32,000 bases of DNA, taken from positions 1,410,001 to 1,442,000 of the forward strand of contig NC_000918.1 of the NCBI RefSeq assembly GCF_000008625.1, in the 5' to 3' direction. Positions within the stretch are counted from its first letter, which is position 1. Each line of letters starts with the position of its first letter. Positions 9,064-19,083 of the stretch are shown piece after piece. The notes beneath the pieces were generated by a model that ran no database searches, was not told the DNA's origin, and worked only from the letters and a program-made list of their open reading frames with translations. The position numbers and the translations under genes were made by a program. The DNA comes from Aquifex aeolicus VF5. GTDB taxonomy: Bacteria; Aquificota; Aquificia; Aquificales; Aquificaceae.

Positions 9064-9102
9064 TTAACAAATCCTTAACATTTACGGAGTACAAAACATA
9101 AT
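9064..9102 (+). promoter_or_regulatory. Candidate pst promoter with a Pho-box-like direct repeat
   Basis: TTAACA (9064-9069)-N5-TTAACA (9075-9080), then N16 and CATAAT (9097-9102). An AGGGAGGT SD and the pstS ATG at 9127 follow. Confidence 0.5.
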
Positions 9103-9126
9103 AAGCAAACTCAGGGAGGTAAAAGG

Positions 9127-10140
9127 ATGAACAGGAAGAAATTTCTTCTTGGGGTACTAGCATTAGCAATTTTTCCCGCCGCAGGAATAGCAAAGGAAAA
9201 AGTAATCAACGGTGCTGGAGCAACTTTTCCCGCTCCTCTCTACTGGAAATGGGCTGACGCTTACTACAAGGCAACCGGTATTAAGGTAAACTACCAGTCC
9301 ATAGGTTCAGGTGGAGGAGTTAGGCAGATAGTAAACAGAACAGTTGACTTTGGAGCATCTGATGCTCCCTTAAAACCTGAGGAAACAAAAAAACACAATC
9401 TGGCTCAATTCCCGACTGTGATTGGAGGTGTTACCGTAGCTTATAACTTAAGGGGAGTAGAAAATCTCAAGCTCTCTACAAGAGCGGTTTGTGATATTTT
9501 TCTCGGAAAAATTAAGTACTGGGATGACCCAGTTATAAAGAAGGATAATCCCGGAGTAAAACTTCCTCACAAGAGAATTACCGTTGTTCGCAGGAGTGAC
9601 GGTTCAGGAACTACCTGGATATTCACAAACTACCTCTCCAAAGCTTGCCCCGAGTGGAAGGAAAAAGTCGGTTACGGAAAAGCGGTAAGGTGGCCTACAG
9701 GTATAGGTGCTAAAGGAAACGAAGGTGTAGCAAACTATATAAGAAGGATAAAAGGAGCTATAGGCTATGTGGAATACGCTTACGCAATTCAAAACAAGAT
9801 ACCCGTCGCGGCAGTGGAAAACAGAGATGGAAAATTTGTAAAACCTTCTATAGAAACATTCCAAGCAGCTGCTGCAAACGCAAAGTGGGATCCTAAAAAA
9901 GACTTCTACGAAGTCCTGACATGGCAGCCCGGTGAAAAAGCTTACCCCATAGCTGGTGCTACCTTTATACTCCTTGCAAAGGACGAAGACAGGAAGGAAA
10001 TAAATAAGGAAGTAGTTAAATTCTTTGACTGGGCTTACAAAAATGGTGATAAAATGGCTATAGAGTTGCATTACGTACCGTTGCCCGAAAACGTTAAGAA
10101 CATGATTAGGAACTACTGGAGAGAGCATGGATGGTATTAA
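9127..10140 (+). CDS. pstS: Phosphate ABC transporter substrate-binding protein
   Basis: 337 aa; signal peptide, INGAGATFPAPLYWKWADAY...YQSIGSGGGVRQI...DFGASDAPL and RRSDGSGTT are canonical PstS motifs. Confidence 0.98.
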   Translation: MNRKKFLLGVLALAIFPAAGIAKEKVINGAGATFPAPLYWKWADAYYKATGIKVNYQSIGSGGGVRQIVNRTVDFGASDAPLKPEETKKHNLAQFPTVIGGVTVAYNLRGVENLKLSTRAVCDIFLGKIKYWDDPVIKKDNPGVKLPHKRITVVRRSDGSGTTWIFTNYLSKACPEWKEKVGYGKAVRWPTGIGAKGNEGVANYIRRIKGAIGYVEYAYAIQNKIPVAAVENRDGKFVKPSIETFQAAAANAKWDPKKDFYEVLTWQPGEKAYPIAGATFILLAKDEDRKEINKEVVKFFDWAYKNGDKMAIELHYVPLPENVKNMIRNYWREHGWY

Positions 10141-11089
10141 TAGAAGGAAAGACAAGGTAATAGACAAGCTTGTCTTTTTAAGTCTGGGCTTTTTTGCCTT
10201 TTTTCTGGGGCTTTTATACCCTCTCTTCGTAGGAGTATCTCTCTTAAAAGAGTCGTGGCTCGCTATTCAGAAGTTCGGAGTTATAGGGTTCATAACGGGT
10301 ACCGTCTGGGATCCCGTTCAGGAGATATTTGGCGGACTTCCCGCAATAGTGGGAACTCTTATTACAACCTTCTTAGCTTCCCTGATAGCGATACCCGTTT
10401 GTATAGGTATAGCGATTTTCATAGCAGAACTCTGTCCCAAACCTCTAAAGCCGGTGTTTACTACGGCGATTGAACTACTCGGAGCAATACCGAGCATCAT
10501 TTACGGGATGTGGGGATTTTTTATAATAGCCCCATTGATGGCAGACTATGTAGAACCCTTCCTGCAGGAAACATTTATAGACGTTCCCGTAATAGGAAAA
10601 CTCTTTGACGGAGCACCTACCGGTATTGACGTCCTCACTTCAAGCTTTGTTCTTTCCATAATGATAATCCCCTTCATGGCCTCAATAGTAAAAGACGCCT
10701 TTGAAATGACGCCTCAGCTATTAAAGGAAGCAGGATATGGAATGGGCGCCACAAAGTGGGAGGTTATAAAAGACGTTATAATCCCTTACGCTTTTCCGGG
10801 AATCGTGGGAGGAGCGGTTCTTTCTGTGGGAAGGGCACTCGGAGAGACTATGGCAGTCGCATTTCTAACAGGAAACGTTCACCAAATTCCCAAGTCTTTA
10901 TTTGACCAGTTAACGACCATTACCGTTGCGATAGCAAACGAGTTTACAGAAGCTCACCAAGACATATACCTTTCTTCCCTTTACTACCTTGCCCTAATAC
11001 TCTTTATAATGTCTTTCCTCCTTTTAATCCTCAGCAAGTTCTTAATCTTCAAGAGGTTGGAGAAAAGATGGAAGGTCACGGGAATTTAG
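10127..11089 (+). CDS. pstC: Phosphate ABC transporter permease PstC
   Basis: 320 aa; GVSLLKESW...FGGLPAIVGTLITT, LLGAIPSIIYGMWG, and LGETMAVAFLTGN; overlaps pstS by 14 nt. Confidence 0.97.
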   Translation: MDGINRRKDKVIDKLVFLSLGFFAFFLGLLYPLFVGVSLLKESWLAIQKFGVIGFITGTVWDPVQEIFGGLPAIVGTLITTFLASLIAIPVCIGIAIFIAELCPKPLKPVFTTAIELLGAIPSIIYGMWGFFIIAPLMADYVEPFLQETFIDVPVIGKLFDGAPTGIDVLTSSFVLSIMIIPFMASIVKDAFEMTPQLLKEAGYGMGATKWEVIKDVIIPYAFPGIVGGAVLSVGRALGETMAVAFLTGNVHQIPKSLFDQLTTITVAIANEFTEAHQDIYLSSLYYLALILFIMSFLLLILSKFLIFKRLEKRWKVTGI

Positions 11090-11925
11090 AAAGGTACGTA
11101 AAGTGGAGGAAGTTCAAGAGCAACTTAATTCTGTTTTTCACATTTCTTACAGCACTCTACGGACTCGTCTGGCTTGTTTGGATAATAACCGATGTAACTA
11201 TAAAAGGATTTTCAAACCTTAGTTTGGATCTTCTCCTGAAGGATCCTACTCCCCCGGGCGTGGAGGGTGGTGGTTTAAAACACGCCTTCGTGGGACATTT
11301 AATAATCACTTCTCTGGCTGTAGTTCTCGGTGTTCCCATAGGCATAGCCGCAGGAGTATTCTTTACGGAGTACGGCAGGTACAGCAGGTTTGTCTCCTTA
11401 CTCAGGGATCTTACGGACAGTATAGTGAGCCTACCTTCTATAATTGTCGGAACATTTATTTACGCTGTAATGGTCAAACCGGTGGGACACTTTTTCGCCT
11501 TAAGCGGTTCTGTTTCGCTAGCCTTGTTAATGCTTCCGGTTATAGCCATAACAACCGCCCAGATGCTGAAAATGGTTCCCGACTCTTTGAGGGAAGCTGC
11601 TTACGCCCTCGGAGCGTATAAGTGGCAGGTTATAAAAGACGTTTCCCTCTCTGTCGCAAAGAGGGGAATACTTACGGGAGTAATTCTGGGAATTGCCAGA
11701 ATTACAGGGGAAACCGCTCCGCTTCTATTTACTTCGTTTAACAACAACTTTACCACTTACAACATATTTGAACCTATGGCCTCGCTCACTGTTACCATTT
11801 TCGTTTACGTTATGGGACCCTACGACGACTGGCACAGAAAAGCGTGGGCTGCCTCGCTCATACTCACAATCGGAACGCTTATGTTCTTCATCCTTGCAAA
11901 AATCCTCGTCAGAGCTAAAAAGTAA
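11068..11925 (+). CDS. pstA: Phosphate ABC transporter permease PstA
   Basis: 285 aa; PPGVEGGGLKHAFVGHLIITSLAVVLGVPIGIAAGVFFTEYG, SLPSIIVGTFIY, and ARITGETAPLLFTSF. Confidence 0.97.
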   Translation: MEGHGNLERYVKWRKFKSNLILFFTFLTALYGLVWLVWIITDVTIKGFSNLSLDLLLKDPTPPGVEGGGLKHAFVGHLIITSLAVVLGVPIGIAAGVFFTEYGRYSRFVSLLRDLTDSIVSLPSIIVGTFIYAVMVKPVGHFFALSGSVSLALLMLPVIAITTAQMLKMVPDSLREAAYALGAYKWQVIKDVSLSVAKRGILTGVILGIARITGETAPLLFTSFNNNFTTYNIFEPMASLTVTIFVYVMGPYDDWHRKAWAASLILTIGTLMFFILAKILVRAKK

Positions 11926-11932
11926 AATTATT

Positions 11933-12364
11933 ATGAAAAAATTCTTTCTGTTTCTTGTTTTACCAATATTTCTCTTCGCTTCTCCTCTTAAGGCTGTTTT
12001 TGACTGTGCGGTCGGAGACCTGGACTGGATTAGCTTAAGACTCAGTCTTATTAAGAAAACCGCAGAACAATTAATGGAAGAAGGAAAAAGCTACAGATTT
12101 GTTATAACGATACACTCCCACTGTATAAAAGTGGTTGATGCAGACCTGAAGAAATTTCCCGAAAGTGAACGCAGGAAGATTGAACTAATTCAGAGTCAGT
12201 TAAAAACTTTAAAAGAAATGTATTCAGTAGATGTTAAAGCCTGTCAGATAGCTATGAATAGAGGAAAGATTAAGAAGGTTCCCCCCTTTGTAGAAACCGT
12301 TCCAAATAGCTGGATCACACTAATTGAACTCCAGAATAAAGGCTTTGCCTTTGTACCCTTTTAA
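11933..12364 (+). CDS. Secreted DsrE-like protein (second one in the window)
   Basis: In-frame ATG at 11933 inside the longer ORF gives a signal peptide (MKKFFLFLVLPIFLFASPLKA) and a core resembling the 476-985 protein (V+ACQIAMN...VETVPNSWITLIELQNKGFAFVP). Confidence 0.72.
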   Translation: MKKFFLFLVLPIFLFASPLKAVFDCAVGDLDWISLRLSLIKKTAEQLMEEGKSYRFVITIHSHCIKVVDADLKKFPESERRKIELIQSQLKTLKEMYSVDVKACQIAMNRGKIKKVPPFVETVPNSWITLIELQNKGFAFVPF

Positions 12365-12388
12365 AATAAAGACTTGAGGAGGAATTAA

Positions 12389-13621
12389 ATGAACCCAGTT
12401 AAAGAAATGTTAAAGGAAAAAGCAGGATACATTCTGTCCACTTTAATGTCTCAGGGCGGAGAGTACGGAGAAATCTTTTACGAGAAATCCAGAACCACGA
12501 GAATGCACTTAGAGGACAGAAAAATAGACAAAGTTACCCACGGATACGACGAAGGCGTAGGACTCAGGTTAATAAAAAACGGGAAAACTTATTACGGATA
12601 CACCACCAATCCGACCTTTGAAAATCTGAAAGAACTTGCAAAAATACTCGCAAGGGGCGAAGGGCACGGACCCGTAGCCATAGGAAAGCGTTACATTCAG
12701 GGCTATACGGAAGTTTTAATAGACCCTGATAAGGAAAGTCTGAAGTTCAGGGCTGAAATCTTAAGGAGGGCTGACGAAAAGGCGAGGAGCTTCGGGGACA
12801 AGATAAAACAGGTTCTTGCGGTCCTTATGGACAAAACCAGGGAGATTATGGTTATAAACACCTTAGGAGAAACTGCGGAAGACACACAAAAGAGGGTGGT
12901 TTTCTTTGTAGAAGTTGTTGCAAGCGACGGAGAAACTCTGCAGAGGGGGTATGAGAGCCTCGGGGGAAGGAGAGGTTTTGAGATTTTCAACGAAACGCCT
13001 CCAGAAGTCATAGCGGAAAAAGCGGCAAAGAGGGCACTACTTATGCTGAGTGCAAAACCTGCCCCCGCGGGAACTTTCACCGTGGTGATGTCCTCTCAGG
13101 CGGGTGGTACGATGATACACGAGGCGGTGGGACACGGGCTTGAAGCAGACCTCGTTCAGCAGGGACTCTCCGTTTACGCTGGAAAGCTCGGAGAAAAAGT
13201 AGCCTCGGAGCTCGTTACCGTAATAGATGATGCAACCCTTCCCTATCACAACGGCTCCTTTACGGTTGACGACGAAGGCGTTCCCGCCCAGAGAAAGGTT
13301 TTAATAAAAGACGGGGTACTCGTAGGGTACATGTACGACAGACTCAGGGCTATGAAAGACGGAGTGGAATCAACTGGAAATGGAAGGAGACAGAGTTACG
13401 CCCACATTCCCATAGTCAGGATGACAAACACCTTTATAGACAAAGGCCAGGACAATCCGGAGGACATAATAAAGGACACCAAAAAGGGAGTACTCGTTGT
13501 GAAAATGGGCGGAGGAGAAGTAAACACCGTGACGGGAGATTTCGTTTTTGAAGTAATGGAAGGCTACATGATAGAAAACGGGGAGATTACTTATCCCATA
13601 AGGGGAGCAACGCTCATATGA
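12389..13621 (+). CDS. tldD: TldD-family metalloprotease, interrupted by an in-frame TGA
   Basis: 410 aa; Zn motif HEAVGHGLEAD, GGRRGFEIFNETPPEVIAEKA, GNGRRQSYAHIPIVRMTNTFI, and YPIRGATLI up to TGA 13619-13621. Confidence 0.95.
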   Translation: MNPVKEMLKEKAGYILSTLMSQGGEYGEIFYEKSRTTRMHLEDRKIDKVTHGYDEGVGLRLIKNGKTYYGYTTNPTFENLKELAKILARGEGHGPVAIGKRYIQGYTEVLIDPDKESLKFRAEILRRADEKARSFGDKIKQVLAVLMDKTREIMVINTLGETAEDTQKRVVFFVEVVASDGETLQRGYESLGGRRGFEIFNETPPEVIAEKAAKRALLMLSAKPAPAGTFTVVMSSQAGGTMIHEAVGHGLEADLVQQGLSVYAGKLGEKVASELVTVIDDATLPYHNGSFTVDDEGVPAQRKVLIKDGVLVGYMYDRLRAMKDGVESTGNGRRQSYAHIPIVRMTNTFIDKGQDNPEDIIKDTKKGVLVVKMGGGEVNTVTGDFVFEVMEGYMIENGEITYPIRGATLI

Positions 13622-13777
13622 AACGGACCCAAAGCCCTTCAGGACGTGGACGCTGTCGGAAACGACCTCCGGTGGGCTATACGAACGTGTGGAAAAGATG
13701 GGCAGGGTGTTCCCGTAACAGACGCCCAGCCAACTATAAGGATCAGGAAATTAACACTCGGCGGGGTGGAAACGTGA
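13622..13777 (+). other. In-frame continuation encoding the conserved TldD C-terminus after the internal TGA
   Basis: Same frame: NGPKALQDVDAVGNDLRWAIRTCGKDGQGVPVTDAQPTIRIRKLTLGGVET then TGA at 13775-13777. It contains the TldD TCGKDGQ.VPV motif. Confidence 0.93.
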
Positions 13778-13817
13778 TAAAATGATAATTGTATAAAAAT
13801 TTAGGAGGTGGGTAACC

Positions 13818-14114
13818 ATGCCTGTGTTCGTAATTTTAACAACCCTGACGGACGAGGGGGCAAAGACCCTTAAGAATAAGCCCGAAAGAATTAAGGAAGT
13901 TGACGAGGAACTCTGCAACAAGTACGGAATCAAAATCCTCGCTCAGTACGCCTTAATGGGTCCTTACGACTTCCTGAACGTTGTAGAAGCTCCCGACAAC
14001 GACACTATACTCAAAATGGCAATTGAACTAAACTCCAGAGGAACCATAAGGACACTCACGATGCCCGCTTTTGATATTGACACACTCATTAAGGACTTAA
14101 AGGAACAGCAGTAA
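13818..14114 (+). CDS. GYD-domain protein
   Basis: 98 aa; FVILTTLTDEGAKTLKNKPERIKEV...QYALMGPYDFLNVVEAPDNDT...TRTLTMPAF-type pattern. Confidence 0.88.
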   Translation: MPVFVILTTLTDEGAKTLKNKPERIKEVDEELCNKYGIKILAQYALMGPYDFLNVVEAPDNDTILKMAIELNSRGTIRTLTMPAFDIDTLIKDLKEQQ

Positions 14115-14152
14115 AAATCCTTTCCTCCTTTTTCCTTTTAACCTTTGAGTAA

Positions 14153-16728
<2,576 letters not shown>

Positions 16729-16748
16729 TTTATGTTATTATATGTTTA

Positions 16749-17258
16749 GTGAATGAGGGTTCAATAATGAAGATTAAGGAAACTGAGCTTCCGGGAGTAG
16801 GCAAGAAGTACACGATAGAGCTAGAAGAAGGAGGAGAACTGACTCTCATCATTCACAACACTGGAAGGAGGGAACTCTACCTCGTTGAGGAGGAAGAAGA
16901 AGAACCCAGTTGTGTCTTTTCTTTGACAGAAGAGGAAGCGAGAGAACTCGGTTTTCTCCTGGCGGGAACTACGTTCCAGACTGTGAGCACCGAAAGAATG
17001 GAACTCTTAATGAAAGAGATAGTAATGGAGTGGGTGAAGGTAGGGGAAAATTCAAATTTTATCGGAAAGACTATAGCTGATCTAGAAATCAGAAGGAAAA
17101 CGGGTGTGTCTATAATAGCCATTATCAGAGATGGGGAGATGATTCCCAGTCCTGACCCATACAAGGAAAAGATACAGGCAGGAGACACTTTAATAGTCGT
17201 GGGAACGAGGGAGCAGCTCATCAAGTTCTTAGAAATGTGCGGAGACTGCAGTACCTGA
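16749..17258 (+). CDS. KhtT-like/TrkA-C domain regulatory subunit
   Basis: 169 aa; LPGVGKKYTIELEEGGELTLIIHNTGRRELY and RRKTGVSIIAIIRDGEMIPSPDPYKEKIQAGDTLIVVGTREQLIKF. Directly upstream of a CPA2 antiporter. Confidence 0.85.
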   Translation: MNEGSIMKIKETELPGVGKKYTIELEEGGELTLIIHNTGRRELYLVEEEEEEPSCVFSLTEEEARELGFLLAGTTFQTVSTERMELLMKEIVMEWVKVGENSNFIGKTIADLEIRRKTGVSIIAIIRDGEMIPSPDPYKEKIQAGDTLIVVGTREQLIKFLEMCGDCST

Positions 17259-17259
17259 A

Positions 17260-18528
17260 ATGGAACATCATTTGCACCACATAATTCAAGAAACAGCTCC
17301 TTACTTAGTCCTTTTATTTATGTTCATTTTCGGTTACACATTCCAGAAGGTAAACATTCCCTCCATTATAGCCTTTATGATTATTGGTTTTTTAGCCCAG
17401 CCTTTAGTCCCTCCTGAAAAAATAAAAGACTTTGAAATATTCAAACACGCCGGGATAATACTGCTTTTCTTCTTCATTGGTCTTGAGTACTCCTTTGAGA
17501 GACTCAGGACTATGCTAGGTGCCTGGAAAACGGGCAGCATTGACTTCGTATTTAACTTTATACCGCCCTTTATAATCGCCTACGCTTTCGGGTTTGACCT
17601 GATCACCGCCCTCATTCTCGCAGCAGTGTTTTACCCTTCCAGCACTTCCATAATCGCAAAACTTTTAATGGATTACAAACGTATAGCCAGCCCTGAGGCG
17701 GAATTGCTCATCGGTATTCTCATATTTGAGGATCTCGTTGCCATACTCCTGCTAACGATAATTATCCCTCTTAAAGAAGCGGGTAGTATAGAGTTTACAA
17801 CTATTCCCGTAAGTCTCGTAAAACTCGGTGTAGCCTTCCTATTATTCTGGCTAATATACAAGTACCTCATTCCCAAGATAAACGCGTGGCTCGACAGAGT
17901 TTCTGAGGAAGATATATTCATATTCTTCACCCTCGGTTTAGTACTGAGCATTGGAACTATCTTTCATTCTCTTGGCATTTCCGAAGCGCTCGGAGCTTTT
18001 CTCCTAGGTGTCATCGTCCCCGAAACAAAAGTTCTTGAAAATATAGAAAAGCAACTTTCGGACTTAAAGGAACTTTCAATGGGACTGTTTTTCTTCTTCT
18101 TCGCTTATGAGACCCAGTTAACGAAGCCCGAAAACTTAGGTCTGCTAATACTCCTTATAGTTCTCGGAATAATTCTCAAGATCATTTCTACTTACCTTGC
18201 TGGTTACGTTTTCGGCTTGAAGAAAAAGTCGAGACTCAGGGCTTCCCTCTCCTTCGTTCCGAGAGGTGAGTTCTCAGTAATAATGACTTCTTTCGAACCA
18301 GCTTTAAAATCCACTTCCATACCCTTCATATTCTTAACCGCGGTAATTGGAAGTATCCTCTTTGCATTGGCTCCGAAGGTGGCGGATATCATCTACCCGC
18401 CTAAGAAGAAAAAGAAGAAGAAACCGATCAAGCGTCCGAAGAAAGGTTATTTAAAACGCTCTCGAGCCTTTTCCGAGCACGCTCCAAGTCTTCAGTCTTC
18501 CCGACCCGAAACTCCTCCCCAACAATAA
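17260..18528 (+). CDS. CPA2-family monovalent cation:H+ antiporter (KhtU-like)
   Basis: 422 aa with many membrane helices; FFIGLEYSFERL, ILIFEDLVAILLLT, and GAFLLGVIVPET. Ends in a Lys-rich tail. Confidence 0.9.
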   Translation: MEHHLHHIIQETAPYLVLLFMFIFGYTFQKVNIPSIIAFMIIGFLAQPLVPPEKIKDFEIFKHAGIILLFFFIGLEYSFERLRTMLGAWKTGSIDFVFNFIPPFIIAYAFGFDLITALILAAVFYPSSTSIIAKLLMDYKRIASPEAELLIGILIFEDLVAILLLTIIIPLKEAGSIEFTTIPVSLVKLGVAFLLFWLIYKYLIPKINAWLDRVSEEDIFIFFTLGLVLSIGTIFHSLGISEALGAFLLGVIVPETKVLENIEKQLSDLKELSMGLFFFFFAYETQLTKPENLGLLILLIVLGIILKIISTYLAGYVFGLKKKSRLRASLSFVPRGEFSVIMTSFEPALKSTSIPFIFLTAVIGSILFALAPKVADIIYPPKKKKKKKPIKRPKKGYLKRSRAFSEHAPSLQSSRPETPPQQ

Positions 18529-19062
18529 CCTCTCCTCTTGTAAAGGGGTAAGGGATTACGAGACCGTCCCATGTATTTAACCTTATAAACTTCTCAAACT
18601 TTACCACCGCAGGTATTATGGGGCTTTCCGTCTTTTGAGCCAAAAACACCACTCCCGGTTTTACTCTGTAAGCGGGACCTTCGGCCCGTCCACAGTTATC
18701 GCAACGTTTTTTCCTTCTTTTAAGTATTCAATTAACTTCAAGGTGGCACTCCTTCCTCCCTTTTTTGCCTTTCCTTCTTCCGTAGAGCCTCTTACCACTT
18801 CAAAGCCGAGCTCTTTCAGCAGCCTTGCCGCTATTTCCCCGTCCCTGAATCGACTTACCAGCACCACTATTCCCCTGTCCATTCCGTAGAGGGCGAGACC
18901 GAGAGCGTGCCCATGCCATAGGGCGTATATCTTTCCCTTATCTTTCCTGAACTCGTAACGCTTCTTCCACCTTATAGTTCTCCCTATTATCCTTAAAATC
19001 AATCCGATAAAGGGAAGCATTAGAAAAATAAGCCTGTACTTTAACTTATTCATTTGAAGCAT
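18428..19062 (-). pseudogene. DUF374/lysophospholipid acyltransferase-like protein split by an apparent 1-nt frameshift
   Basis: The 18661-19062 ORF (IYALWHGHALGLAL...VVRGSTEEGKAKKGGRSATLKLIEYLKEGKNVAITVDGPK) is continued by the 18428-18652 ORF (VVFLAQKTESPIIPAVVKF...) in another frame. The sequence between is open in the second frame as GPAYRVKPG. Confidence 0.88.
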
Positions 19063-19083
19063 ATAATATACCTTTTAGGAGGT

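Noticed and set aside
8565-9126. New defence island around the CRISPR array
   Set aside because: Flanking genes are hemY-type and pst. No nuclease, helicase, RT, toxin or cas-like gene was recognised in the window.
8969-9193. Minus-strand 74-aa ORF across two CRISPR repeats and a spacer
   Set aside because: It is composed of CRISPR repeat and pstS antisense sequence and is not a credible gene.
11693-11932. Upstream extension of the DsrE-like ORF (MPELQGKPLRF...)
   Set aside because: It overlaps conserved pstA out of frame. The signal peptide starts cleanly at ATG 11933.
12703-13080. Minus-strand 125-aa ORF in tldD
   Set aside because: Antisense to conserved TldD sequence, with no independent support.
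13619-13621. Selenocysteine insertion at the tldD TGA
   Set aside because: TldD proteins normally carry Gly here, not Cys/Sec, and I saw no convincing SECIS-like hairpin at the right distance.
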